Source of the DNA: a virus
Lineage: Duplodnaviria; Caudoviricetes
IMG/VR virus record: IMGVR_UViG_3300017651_000001
Coordinates: 3,937-67,936 of that record
Strand: one strand, 5' to 3'
DNA length: 64,000 bases
Part shown: positions 17,901 through 27,111 of the stretch, in pieces
Position numbering within the stretch: position 1 is the stretch's first letter
Layout of the letters: each line of letters starts with the position of its first letter
Program-made: the position numbers and the translations under genes
The notes under the pieces: generated by a model
What the model saw: only the letters and a program-made list of their open reading frames with translations
What the model was told of the DNA's origin: nothing
Database searches by the model: none

Positions 17901-18491
17901 GTTGCCCGCCATGTCCCCCGTTGCGGCCGTCGCCTTGTCGAGTGCCTTGAACTCGGCATCCCAGGCCGACATCTGCTGCCGGTGGGTCTGATTGCCCATG
18001 CGGCGCTGGCGATCAAGTCGGGCCTCTGCGGCGACGCGCTTGTCGAACGCGGCGGAGGCGCGGTCGATGCCCGCAACAGCCTGAGCGCGGACGGCCGCGT
18101 TCTCCTTCTCTACCGCGAGTCCAGCGCGCTGGGAGGAGAGGTAGTCGTCGTAGATGCGCTTCTGCTCAGCGGCGGCGGCCTTCTGTGCGGCGGTCTGTGA
18201 TGCGACGTGCGCCTTCTGCGCTGCGGTGACATCCTGGTACGCCTGCACCTGGTTGTAGATGCCTTCAGCGAACTTGAGTTCGGCGTCAGTCATCCTGCGG
18301 GTTGACTTGGTAGCTTTCTCAGCCTCGCCGATGTGCTCCCTGATCTGGCCCGATACGCGGGCGACCGTGCGGCCGTACTTGTCGAAGCGCTTGTCTTCGG
18401 TCGCCTCGTAGAGGCGTTCGAACCCGGCTACCGCCTCGTTGAGCCCCTCGACGACAACCTTAAGCTCTGCCCGAGCGTTGAGGTTGTCCAT
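14991..18491 (-). CDS. Tape measure protein
   Basis: 1166 aa, Ala-rich helical; FESAFTDVERT TMP domain, hydrophobic middle, FADGGYTGRGGKY..AGLVHKGEYV. Confidence 0.95.
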   Translation of the reverse strand: MDNLNARAELKVVVEGLNEAVAGFERLYEATEDKRFDKYGRTVARVSGQIREHIGEAEKATKSTRRMTDAELKFAEGIYNQVQAYQDVTAAQKAHVASQTAAQKAAAAEQKRIYDDYLSSQRAGLAVEKENAAVRAQAVAGIDRASAAFDKRVAAEARLDRQRRMGNQTHRQQMSAWDAEFKALDKATAATGDMAGNLPRLRYALYDIASTAMIVSGAITGVGVAVAALSAQFESAFTDVERTLEPGTKSVEELREELIGLTREIPVAFTEVSRIATLGNQLGIAGDDVASFTETVARFSAVTGVSVDEAAKAFGAMQFSLGVRASEFENLGAAIALVGRSSVATEPEILSLTREIGVQAHQAGFSAHQVVALAGTLGQLRVPPERARGSLTTYFQTLNQAVAEGGEDLQHFATVTGLAADQLSAMVRQGQGVEVFQRFIQGLGRGSDVVEVTQALDALGLSQLRVSDVFQRLSQSSSEFNRFLGIGAKGYREGAELARQYGLVVDDLASKWQIFLNALSEAGAAVGATLAPTLGAVLEILSRVFAGISDLAQTPAGAWAVGLTAALAGIVAALSAVVGGAALAGAAVLAMRTAAAELGVTSLLSAGGVRALVASFLGLEAGATRAAVGLRIFRLALISTGIGAAIAALGFLIGLFVDFEGTILSVEQPIHFVIDAIVGLGKAIAYTGRNLVQFLQSIPLIGEAFKGIPLISDKGIENFFNSAGALAHHNFNKWANEARKARDATADFEEANYDFADSFGDIADAADTAAQEVRTLVDYANDLGGVFKRAFDIRFGPQQGLDSITSGWSTIAKNIAAARDEMAQYRIELGQLAADRAIKQYWLMVAENYGDTLRAQKLRAELAELDGKQADIQKKLNAAQAKTNKTLTGNSDAAVENRAEILGLVTNYQNYLQALAASGASQEDLQRESARLRAEFVQQATRMGYNRTEVEKYAVAFDDMRIAIQNVPRNITVSADTRPAFQALNEFLAQAAAKKATIDIGGLFKNTGYQDGQVYAADWRSGFRAYINKGGGIQFIDQRGGRVASVQAFADGGYTGRGGKYDVAGLVHKGEYVVPKKYVDQRTGLPYASAFNALTRGPAGQTGYAGGGFVQPPRVINAGGGQIESFGPMAYQQLMSALRQIITIDGQVVAQSTSRSYAQSTSQGAM

Positions 18492-18542
18492 AGTTCTCCC
18501 GATCAGGCGGTTAGGCGTGCTGATCCCAGTTTAGTGGACTAA

Positions 18543-19193
18543 TCAGGCGTCCTCGTCGGCGGCAAGCACCCACGGCCGGTAGAGCCTCAGGATCTCCACC
18601 GCCCAGTCCGCCTTGTCCTCCACGCGCTGACCCGCAGGTTGCGATTTACTCCACAATTCGAGGTTCTCGATGCGGTTGTCATCCCGCACGCCGTTGATGT
18701 GGTGCACGTTCTCGTGGGGGAGAAGCGGGCGGCCGAGGTGCTCCTCCATGAGGACGCGGTGCTCTAGGCGTTCTGTATGCTTCCCGTTTGGGTATCCCCA
18801 GAGTGCCGCATATCCCCGGCTGTTTATCATCCGCTTCCAGGGCGTCCCGCCGATCACTACGTCTGGCTCCATCTCGACGCCATGAGGGCCGCAGTATTTC
18901 CTCGTGGCCCTTACCTTCCTGTCGCAGCCCCGAATGGCGCAGAACAGATCCTGCCGCTTCTTCCGCCCGAGTCGCTCTTCCTTGGGGATGGGCGCAATGT
19001 CCGGCATGGTGAAGTTTCGCCGCGCCTTCGGTGCATAGTTCCGGTAGGCGCTCAGTCGGGCGTAGTGCGTCTTGCAGAATCCCCACTTGAGGTTCCAATG
19101 CCGGTTTGAGCAGTCCCCGAAGCGGCAGACGCCCCTCGGCTTGTCGTCCCGGATGACGTGCTCCCGGTTCGCCTCACTGTCAGTCTTCGGCAT
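18543..19193 (-). CDS. HNH endonuclease
   Basis: [32 protein letters not shown]; N-terminal CxxH repeats. Confidence 0.9.
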   Translation of the reverse strand: MPKTDSEANREHVIRDDKPRGVCRFGDCSNRHWNLKWGFCKTHYARLSAYRNYAPKARRNFTMPDIAPIPKEERLGRKKRQDLFCAIRGCDRKVRATRKYCGPHGVEMEPDVVIGGTPWKRMINSRGYAALWGYPNGKHTERLEHRVLMEEHLGRPLLPHENVHHINGVRDDNRIENLELWSKSQPAGQRVEDKADWAVEILRLYRPWVLAADEDA

Positions 19194-20309
19194 CTTCGCT
19201 CGCCTCTCGCGCCGCCTGCTCGTAGTACATCTTCCGCAGCTTCACCAGCGGCATATCCTCATCAGGCCGCCAGACGAACTCCGGTCGCACCGGCTCGTAG
19301 TCCGCATCCTTGTCACGCTTCTCGTCGTGCCTGCGAATCTCTTCGGCCACGTAACAACCCCTAGCGGGCTTGAGCTTCAGGTCGAGGCGGGGGTCTTCGG
19401 GGTCCCACCGGCAGAGCCAGATCGGCCCGCCGTGCTCGGGGCAGGTCTCGTCCTTGTACTGCTGGAACGCTTGCATCACGAGCACATCCATCTGCGACCA
19501 GCGCTTCCTGTTATCCTCGCCGAGGATCATCGTGGTTGGTCGAACCCCTGCCGTGATCGACGCTTCGATCAGTCGGACGTACGGGGCTCCGGCGTCAGAC
19601 CAAAACCACTCCGTCAGAAATCCGGGTCAGCGGTCCCTGCGTCGCCGATCGCCTTCTGCGCCTGGAGTTCGTCGATGGCGCGGCGGACCTTGCCCCACTC
19701 CTCGGGGAGGACGAAGTTGTTCAGGGCTCGCGCGTCCGCGACACTAATCGCGGTTCGTGTCGCCTTCTCGGCGTGGTCTACCCATTCCACGACGCACTCC
19801 GAGAGCAGAATGGCGTACAACTCGTCGTTGTAGTCCTCCGCCTGCTCCGGGTCCAGGTTGCCCTTGACCGGGAGGCTGAGGTTGCGGCGAGCCTTGCGGG
19901 CGGTGGCCTTGAAGACCAGTTCCGGGACGGCGCGCAGCGTGAAGTCATGCGAAGTCGACTTGAGCTTCGCGAGGAGCGTCTTCTCCTTCTTGGCGAGCGC
20001 CGCGAGTCGGGCCTTGATTTCGTCGACTTTGGCCTGGTCGACTTCCTCAGCGCCGAGAAGTGCCTTGGCCTCCTCGCGGAGTTCGTCGATCTCGCCGCGC
20101 ACGCCCCAGCGGCGCGTCTCGGCGATCGCCTTCGTTCCGGGGTAGTGGATGTGCTCGACGCCGCCGAGGGCCTCGCCGGTCACCTCGTCGGTGTAGATGG
20201 TGATGTCTCGCGTGCGCCGCGAGATGCCGGCGAGCCTGGTCGCCAGGTCGAACGACTCCTTGGCCTCCTCGACGATCTCGTCGATGCGGGCCTGCTTCTT
20301 CTTCGCCAT
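19180..20309 (-). CDS. Tail assembly chaperone (19614-20309) with a -1 frameshift extension to 19180
   Basis: Between major tail and tape measure genes; G-GAT-TTC at 19623-19617 leads into an open -1 frame. Confidence 0.75.
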
Positions 20310-20359
20310 GCGAGGTTCCCTTCGGAAGTGGTCTGAGCCCAGTTTAGTCCACTAACGCG

Positions 20360-20396
20360 CGAAGAAGCCCAGCGCGGGCGACGCTGGGCTTCTTCG
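20360..20396 (-). terminator. Intrinsic terminator after the major tail genes
   Basis: CGAAGAAGCCCAGCG/CGCTGGGCTTCTTCG. Confidence 0.75.
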
Positions 20397-20405
20397 GTGA
20401 GGGGG

Positions 20406-21161
20406 TTACGGGGCGGAGACGGTGACTTCCGTGGGCGTCCCGGCGGCCGAGCCGGGGTACGTCGCCGAGATGTCGGCGGTCCCGGCCGAAACGCCGATGA
20501 CCAGGCCATGCGGGGTGACGATGGCGACGCTCTCGTCGCTCGAGACCCACTGGGCGCCGACGGTGATGTCGTTGCCTTCGTAGGAAGCCTTGAGCTGCGT
20601 CACATCGCCCTCGTCGACAGTCGCCGTGCCCGTGATGGTGACGGCCGTCGCGACGGCGGAGGGGACGATGCGGTTGATGCCGACGAAGCCCTTCGACTTG
20701 AAGTCGATCTCGTAGTAGCGGTTCTTGTCGCCACGAAGCTCAGCGTTGGCGTCGGTGATGGTGTGGAAGGCGTTGAACACCTGGCCCGCGGCCCACGCCG
20801 TCGAAGCCGGGTAGCCGTCACGCTGGGCGAGCACCAGTTCGGTGTGCGGCGTGCTGACGAGCGAGCGAACCGCGCGGGCGGTCGTGCCGGTCTCGCCGGG
20901 GAGCGGCGGGAAGAAGGCGATCGTGCCGCCGAAGTTCTCGTAGCCACGGGTGGCGGCGGTGGCCGAGTCGGTGAGAACGCGGTCCTCGTCCTGCTCCGAT
21001 GCCTCGATGCCGAAGTCGTAGCCGTCCCACTTGGTCTCGGTCGAGGCGTTCGTGAGGGTGTTGAGTTCGGCCAGCGTCGGCTTCGTGACATCGGTGACAG
21101 CCGAGATCACGCCGATGTCGAGGCGGGTGTTCTTGTTGGATGCGATCTTCGTGGCAGCCAT
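20406..21161 (-). CDS. Major tail protein with a C-terminal Ig-like (Big_2) domain
   Basis: PTLAELN; QWVSSDESVAIV..GLVIGVSAGTADISATY. Confidence 0.8.
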   Translation of the reverse strand: MAATKIASNKNTRLDIGVISAVTDVTKPTLAELNTLTNASTETKWDGYDFGIEASEQDEDRVLTDSATAATRGYENFGGTIAFFPPLPGETGTTARAVRSLVSTPHTELVLAQRDGYPASTAWAAGQVFNAFHTITDANAELRGDKNRYYEIDFKSKGFVGINRIVPSAVATAVTITGTATVDEGDVTQLKASYEGNDITVGAQWVSSDESVAIVTPHGLVIGVSAGTADISATYPGSAAGTPTEVTVSAP

Positions 21162-21167
21162 GATTCC

Positions 21168-21749
21168 TTACGCCTCCAGCTCGCGGGGGCCGAGTGCGGC
21201 CTTGGGGATGAAGTCCATCTGGATCTTCTGCTTCGATCCGTCTTCGTGGATCGCGAGCGGCCAGTCCGTGTGGACGTAGTAGGTGTAGACCTCCTGGTCG
21301 GCGTCGAACGCCTCGGCGGAGTCGAACCCGACCCGGTGGATGATGATGTACGGCACGTCGGCTGTGAACGTGAGGTTCTTCCACAGGACGTACACGCTGT
21401 CGGTCGCCGCAGGGTTCGCGTCACGGAAGCCCTGCATCGACGCCTCGAAATTGAAGTCCGTCAGTTCGGTCGAGTTGCCGGGCTCGCAGAGCGAGCGCTC
21501 GTCGTCCTCAGTCGAGTCGGTCATGCGGAGGTTGAAGTTGTCCGACACGAGCGCGCAGGTCACGTTGCCGCCGGCGCCCGCATTCGCGTGCCCGGTCGAG
21601 GTGACGACCGCGTAGTGGTTGATGTGGCTGGACTCCAGCTCATCCCAGGGGACGAGTCCGACGCCGGGGATAACGGCATTGGGGACTCCGCCGACTTCGT
21701 GAGCGGGAAGCAGGACGACTGCCTCGTTGGTGTTGTCAATCCTCGCCAT
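21168..21749 (-). CDS. Major tail protein (second paralog)
   Basis: NVTCAL, DERSLC, FRD, IIHRVG typical of actinophage tail tubes. Confidence 0.75.
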   Translation of the reverse strand: MARIDNTNEAVVLLPAHEVGGVPNAVIPGVGLVPWDELESSHINHYAVVTSTGHANAGAGGNVTCALVSDNFNLRMTDSTEDDERSLCEPGNSTELTDFNFEASMQGFRDANPAATDSVYVLWKNLTFTADVPYIIIHRVGFDSAEAFDADQEVYTYYVHTDWPLAIHEDGSKQKIQMDFIPKAALGPRELEA

Positions 21750-21948
21750 CGGCGGGCTCCTCTGTCTTGGATTCGGACTGCGCCGCGATCGCCTTTTCGA
21801 TGACGGCCTTGGCGATGGGTGCGTATGCGAGCGGCTTGGCGCCGTCGGCAACCTCGACGAGGTTCGGGTCAGCGGCGGCGACGCGCGGGTGGAGACGCTG
21901 GGTACGCCCGGTCAGCCGGTGTCGGTACGTCTTCCACGCGAGACTCAT
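21736..21948 (-). CDS. Small hypothetical protein
   Basis: Leaderless-type promoter upstream; overlaps the tail tube start. Confidence 0.6.
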   Translation of the reverse strand: MSLAWKTYRHRLTGRTQRLHPRVAAADPNLVEVADGAKPLAYAPIAKAVIEKAIAAQSESKTEEPADGED

Positions 21949-21995
21949 GGAATCCAGTTTAGTCGGCTAATTGACGCTTGACGCAGGGCGTGATA

Positions 21996-23072
21996 TCACA
22001 CCTCGAGGACGCCGAGGACCCAGAGGTTGGCGTTGGACTGCACCAGCTCGGTCGGGGGAACCCTGCGCGAGCCAGGGCGGTAGATCCAGAACCGCATGTC
22101 CGTGGATGCGGTCTTTACCGACGTGGTGGAGTTGTAGGGGAACACGGTTGCCGTCATCGTCGTGGCAGTCACGCCACCTTGCGACATTCGGTTGGTTCCG
22201 TCCGTGCGCATCTGAATGATGCCACCGAGAGCAGGGCCACCGAGATCCCCAACGTCTTCATGGTTGAAGGTGATGAGGCCAGTGGTTCCGTTCATGGAGA
22301 CCGAAGAGATGAAACCGTTCGATGACACCCACGCAGACCCGTTGTACTGCACGTAGTCGTGGTACCCGATCGGCTGCCCGACGTAAATGGTGGCGTCACT
22401 GAGGCCAACGGAGGCTCCCGCGGTATACCCGAGTCGGGCGAGAGTCTCGTCGCACCCGACGATAAGGGAGATGACCTTCGTCGCCGAGAAGGAGAAGTCG
22501 AGAGTGATGCCCGTTCCATCGGATGACACCGCACCGATGCCAACGGGGTCGTGCCCAGAGTCCTCAAGGGCGAAGAAGCCGTCCCCGGTGTTCCGAAGCG
22601 GGCCGCCGACCACGCGGTAGTTGCGACCGTCATCGCCCATGATGTAGCCGCGATCGCCCGTCGGGAGCGAGTCGATGAGCGCCATGAGCGACGCGGGCGT
22701 AACGATTCGAGTCGAGTCGGAGCCCGCAATGACCTCTCCCTCTGTCGCCAGTTCGGCCAGCCCGGCCCGCGACGTTGTGGCAGTGAGCGCGGCCAGGCCG
22801 GCGGGGGTGACTGCGCGAACGGCATCGGTCCCAGCCTGCACTTCAGCCTCGGTCGCCAGCTCCACAAGACCTTCAGCCTCGGTGGTAGCAGACGAAACTT
22901 CGACGGCATCCTCGGCCGCAGCCTCAGCGGCGGCTGCGACGGCTGCGCCGATCACGGTCTCAGGGTTGGCGACATCCTCAGGAAGACCGTCAATAGCAGC
23001 CTCGATGGCTTCGAGGTTGGGGTTCAGATTCCACGGGAAGGCACCCTCTTCGGGCTTCGGGGGCCAGGCCAT
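21996..23072 (-). CDS. Virion fibre / receptor-binding-like protein
   Basis: Two GL(V/A)ELAT..EV.AG.D..R.VTPA fibre repeats; beta-rich C-terminal domain. Confidence 0.7.
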   Translation of the reverse strand: MAWPPKPEEGAFPWNLNPNLEAIEAAIDGLPEDVANPETVIGAAVAAAAEAAAEDAVEVSSATTEAEGLVELATEAEVQAGTDAVRAVTPAGLAALTATTSRAGLAELATEGEVIAGSDSTRIVTPASLMALIDSLPTGDRGYIMGDDGRNYRVVGGPLRNTGDGFFALEDSGHDPVGIGAVSSDGTGITLDFSFSATKVISLIVGCDETLARLGYTAGASVGLSDATIYVGQPIGYHDYVQYNGSAWVSSNGFISSVSMNGTTGLITFNHEDVGDLGGPALGGIIQMRTDGTNRMSQGGVTATTMTATVFPYNSTTSVKTASTDMRFWIYRPGSRRVPPTELVQSNANLWVLGVLEV

Positions 23073-23519
23073 TTACACTCCTTGATTGACGACGCACTCG
23101 AGGAAGATCCCCGAGCCGAACCGGGTGGGCGTATTTCCTGTGCTCGGCCGATTCGTGCCGTAGCCGCCCTTCGCCTCCCAGGGGTCGGACGTGGCGCTGG
23201 GAGCCCAGTCGACGAGGAGGTTCACGACGGCGGCCATCACGGCGTCAGCGGTGTCCGCGTCACCGGCGACACAGAGGACGTTGGCGGGGAGGACGTGCGG
23301 CTGGCCGAGTTCAGGGTTGGCGATGTTGCGGTCGCGCGCCGCCTTCACGGGAGCCCCGAAGTCGATGATGATGTGCGGCAGAACGGTTCCGTCCCCGTTG
23401 CGGGGGATGTCCTCGCCGTCAGGGACGGCGCTGCGGTAGACGCGATCGCCGACAGGCTGGATCGCATTCATGAGGCGGGCGACGGTGTTGCGGCGCTCCG
23501 CGAGGCCATGTGCCGCCAC
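23073..23519 (-). CDS. Tail terminator
   Basis: RVYRSAVP...LPHIII; synteny. Confidence 0.7.
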   Translation of the reverse strand: MAAHGLAERRNTVARLMNAIQPVGDRVYRSAVPDGEDIPRNGDGTVLPHIIIDFGAPVKAARDRNIANPELGQPHVLPANVLCVAGDADTADAVMAAVVNLLVDWAPSATSDPWEAKGGYGTNRPSTGNTPTRFGSGIFLECVVNQGV

Positions 23520-23520
23520 G

Positions 23521-23973
23521 TCAGACCTCCCTGCCGATCTGCTTGAGGCGCTTTCTGAACTTCTCGCGGGCCTGGATGAAGGAGCCCTGGAGCGCCTTCA
23601 TGCCATCGAAGTGAACCGCGAACCCATTCTCGGGGTCATCGCCGTACTCCTGGTAGACGAAGTAGTCCAGTACCTCGTCAAGCCAGCCCCAGGCGCCGAC
23701 GGTGCGGTCCTTGCTCTTTTGGAGGATGCGCGAGCGGATGGCGTCTCGCATGGTGCCGGTGTCGACGCGGCCGGGACCGTTGCCGCCCTTTTCAACTCGG
23801 CGGTGGCCGGTCTCGGTGTAGGCGGCCTCGAGGATGCGGATCATGTCGTCGGCGGCCTCGGCGATGATCTCTTCGAGGATCTCGTCGAGTTGCTTCTTGA
23901 TCTTCTTACCCTGGGCCTCGGCCCAGGTGCCGGGGTTCTCGCCGACCCAGCGGAAGCGGACACTGTGAGCCAT
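23521..23973 (-). CDS. HK97 gp10-like tail completion protein
   Basis: GRVDTGTMRDAI...YFVYQEYG. Confidence 0.75.
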   Translation of the reverse strand: MAHSVRFRWVGENPGTWAEAQGKKIKKQLDEILEEIIAEAADDMIRILEAAYTETGHRRVEKGGNGPGRVDTGTMRDAIRSRILQKSKDRTVGAWGWLDEVLDYFVYQEYGDDPENGFAVHFDGMKALQGSFIQAREKFRKRLKQIGREV

Positions 23974-24395
23974 CAGGTGCCCGCCTCGGTGCTCGTCTCG
24001 ATAGTCCGCAGGGCCGCGTGACTGGAGTTGACGGCGCTGTTCACCTGGAAGACGAACTCCTCCAGGGTGTGATCCTTGCCGCCGCGGAACTCGACGTACA
24101 TGCCCTTGTGGACGATCGGGTCGCCTTCGCGCAGTTCGCACTGGAAGCGGAAGCGGCGCTTGGTCGACCAGCCGTTGCCGTCGTTGTTCTCGAGCGGGAG
24201 CCGAATGTGCTGCGCGCGTGCGGGGCGCCAGTCGATGACGACGGTCGGGTCGGTTCCGCCGGTCGTCGTGTTGGTGTCAGGGTTGTACTGGCCTGGCGTG
24301 CCGGGGAGCATGACGCGCAGCTCGCCGTTGAAGAACTCGGAGGCGGCCTCGTAGATCTCGGCGCTCCAGTCGTCGGAGATGGGTGAGAGTGCCAT
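23973..24395 (-). CDS. Head-to-tail stopper
   Basis: GQYNPDTNTTTG...PARAQ; synteny. Confidence 0.65.
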   Translation of the reverse strand: MALSPISDDWSAEIYEAASEFFNGELRVMLPGTPGQYNPDTNTTTGGTDPTVVIDWRPARAQHIRLPLENNDGNGWSTKRRFRFQCELREGDPIVHKGMYVEFRGGKDHTLEEFVFQVNSAVNSSHAALRTIETSTEAGT

Positions 24396-24396
24396 G

Positions 24397-26109
24397 TCAG
24401 CTCGTCTGGTCCGTGGCGGCGGTGATCGAGCCGCTGCCGTTGTCGGTGAGGGTGCCGCCGTTGCGGCACTGGTTGCCGAAGCGACGGATGCGGTTGCCTC
24501 GGGAGCCGATCAGGATCGAGTTGTGCGACGAGCCGAGATCCGTCTTGAGGACGTTCATGGCGACGAGTACGTCGCCGACCTGCGGGTCTTCCGTGACGCT
24601 GTTGGCGATCTTGATGCCACAGGTCATGTAGTCCTCGGCGCGGTTGTTCGTGATCTGCGAGTAGCTCGTCGGCCCCCAGATGTCGATGGCGATCGTGCCC
24701 TGCCAGATCCGGTTGCCCGAGATGATGTGCCCGGTCCCGGAGCGCGACTGGACTCCGATGCCATCCGACGAGGCGTCGAACATGAGGTCATTGTCGACGA
24801 CGCTGTTGCTGTCGCCGGCGCTCCACGAGACGCCGCGCTTGTTGCCGGTGATCGTGAGCTTGTTGCGCTCGAAGAACGAGCGGGACAGGCTCGACCCGTG
24901 GAGCCCGTGCAACGGGAGGCTGTCGGCGGTGTTGTCGGTGACGCGGACGCCGCTGGCTGCGCCGGAGCCCTGCACCATGTACCCGGTCGCGGGAGCGGGA
25001 TGGTTGGCGAAGTCGACGAGAGTGTTGTGCGTGAAGTGGATGTCGCGACAGTCGCGCACGTAGGCGGTCGACGTGGGGGAGACCTCCCCGGCCGTCGCGG
25101 CCGTGACGACGGTTGTCGTGGCCTGGAAGTAGAGGATGGCCTCGTGCTCGATCGTGCCGGTGGCGGTCTCGCCCGGCGCCCAGAACTGGAAGGTGTTGCG
25201 GCGGACGTGGATGTTGCGCGCGCCGAGGAAGTGCAGCCAGCCCCGCATCGCCGTGGAGGAGGTGGGGCTCGGGTGCCAGCCGTAGACGTAGTTGTCCTCG
25301 AACCAGACCTCTTGCACGAAGCCGTCGTCGGTGGTGAGTGCGGAGCGGTGATTGCCGATTGGGTTCGGCGTGGGGTACCAGGTGCCGCCGACTTCGATGG
25401 GGAGGAAGGCGCACTTCTCGACACGGACACGGCGGGTCGGGAGGCCGTCGTAGGTCGCGCTGGCGTCGGTGGGCTTGGAGGACGATCCGGCGTAGGTGGA
25501 GTGGTCGAGCTGGATGGCTTCGATGTGCTCGCTGTTGCTCGACGGGTTCATGCCGGAGAACGAACAGTTGCCGACGTACACGTCGAGGCACCCGAGCAGG
25601 TCGATGTAATGCCCGCCGCTGTGCATGCCCTCCTCGAAGTGGCAGTCCTCGAAGGTGACGCCCGTGACGTGGTGGAGGTTGAAGATGCAGGAGTAGCCTC
25701 CCGCGTAGTCGCCGCGGATGGTGCCGTTGCGGAAGGTCCAGTTGTTGCCTCCAGAGCCGTAGCCGGGCGCGTCGTCGACGGTGTGGCTGGTGAGCGTGGG
25801 GCCGAGCCCGGCGTGCTGGAGGGTGGCGCCGTTGAAGTCGAGAGTGATGCCCGACAGCGTGGACGGGATGACGAAGGTGCCCTCGTGCAGGTAGGTCTTG
25901 CCCATCCCGAACAGCACGGTCTGGCCGTCCTGGAGTTCGTCGATCGCGGCCTGGATCGCGGCGGTGTCGTCGGTGACGCCATCGCCGACCGCACCGAAGT
26001 CCTCGGGTGTGATCGTGCCGTTCAGGCGACCGCGCACCGCCTGGTCGAATGCGTCACGCTTCCCGAACCAAGGCTTCTCGCCCACTTCGGGCAGCACGGG
26101 GAGGGTCAT
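24397..26109 (-). CDS. Pectate-lyase-like right-handed beta-helix protein (putative depolymerase spike)
   Basis: PEDFGAVGDGVTDDTAAIQAAID and repeated beta-helix Asn ladders. Confidence 0.85.
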   Translation of the reverse strand: MTLPVLPEVGEKPWFGKRDAFDQAVRGRLNGTITPEDFGAVGDGVTDDTAAIQAAIDELQDGQTVLFGMGKTYLHEGTFVIPSTLSGITLDFNGATLQHAGLGPTLTSHTVDDAPGYGSGGNNWTFRNGTIRGDYAGGYSCIFNLHHVTGVTFEDCHFEEGMHSGGHYIDLLGCLDVYVGNCSFSGMNPSSNSEHIEAIQLDHSTYAGSSSKPTDASATYDGLPTRRVRVEKCAFLPIEVGGTWYPTPNPIGNHRSALTTDDGFVQEVWFEDNYVYGWHPSPTSSTAMRGWLHFLGARNIHVRRNTFQFWAPGETATGTIEHEAILYFQATTTVVTAATAGEVSPTSTAYVRDCRDIHFTHNTLVDFANHPAPATGYMVQGSGAASGVRVTDNTADSLPLHGLHGSSLSRSFFERNKLTITGNKRGVSWSAGDSNSVVDNDLMFDASSDGIGVQSRSGTGHIISGNRIWQGTIAIDIWGPTSYSQITNNRAEDYMTCGIKIANSVTEDPQVGDVLVAMNVLKTDLGSSHNSILIGSRGNRIRRFGNQCRNGGTLTDNGSGSITAATDQTS

Positions 26110-26200
26110 TCCCCCAGTCTACCGGCGAGGATAGTCGGATAATTGGAGGCGGTGTACGGGAAAGCGGACACGGGCCGCGCTGTACGAATGATCGGACAGT

Positions 26201-26858
26201 CTAGATCGGGTGAACCGACCAGCAGTCGCGCGCGGGGCGACGGCATAAGATGCACCTCACGTCTCTCCGCTCGATGCAGATACGAATCCCGTACTCGGGG
26301 TCTTCGATGGCGTTGGTGCATACGTTGACGCTGCTCCCGCAACTGTGGACCCGGTAGGCGACTGGGCCGCACGTCGTCCGCTGGTGCCTGAACTGACACT
26401 TCACCTCGTCGTCGAGGATGGACTCGTCGATGATCTCGAGTTCGTGGACCTCGTTCATGCTCGGCTCCTCCCTGTGAGCGGCGCTCTGGCGCAGCAGGTC
26501 GGGCAGTAGACCCCGTAGGGCCGGTAGAGCATGTAGCGGGCGTGGCGGCCATGCCAGAGAGCCCAGGCGAAGAGGATCGGAGCCAGCCACCACTCCACGC
26601 CGCGCGCAGTCCTCATGGTGGGCTGGACCGGCACCATCACGATGCGCTGCGGTTTAGCGTTGGGGCCGTGAGCCGTGCAGGTTCCAGCCATGCAGGCGCT
26701 ACACATACTGATCCTCATCCGCCACCTGCTCGATCGCCTCCGCGAGGGACCAGAATGCTCGACTGACTGCATGTTCGCCGATGCCCTGCTCGGGCGACGG
26801 AGGCTGGGAGTTCCAACGAAGAATGTTCGCGACGCGGCGGAGCTGGTCGGGGGTCATG
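26201..26858 (-). CDS. Three small ORFs downstream of xis, including a Cys-rich ORF at 26201-26458
   Basis: Overlapping start/stop codons. Confidence 0.5.
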
Positions 26859-27048
26859 CCACCATCACCGCCCGGTGCTCGCACTCGTCGCCGCGCATCC
26901 AGGCGTGGAAGCACGCCTCGTCGACGGTCCAGGTGCCGCGCTTCTTGCGCTGCCCGCCGTGCAGGCGGCCCGCCTGAAGCTCCTTCATAATCGTGTAGCG
27001 GGACAGTCCCGACTGCTCGACCATCTCATCCATGCGCAGATACCTCAC
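26854..27048 (-). CDS. xis: Excisionase / recombination directionality factor (MerR-like HTH)
   Basis: YLRMDEMVEQSGLSRYTI...GRLHG...GTWTV; divergent from the integrase. Confidence 0.75.
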   Translation of the reverse strand: MRYLRMDEMVEQSGLSRYTIMKELQAGRLHGGQRKKRGTWTVDEACFHAWMRGDECEHRAVMVA

Positions 27049-27111
27049 CGCGCCTCCCTCCCATTAGTGGACTAATTCCCACGATACGCAACAAGCGATT
27101 AGTGTGCAAGG

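Noticed and set aside
15288-18200. 970-aa plus-strand ORF, and similar long ORFs at 12002-14203, 24379-26142 and 35841-37931
   Set aside because: Antisense shadows of real minus-strand genes, expected from high-GC codon bias; no recognisable motifs
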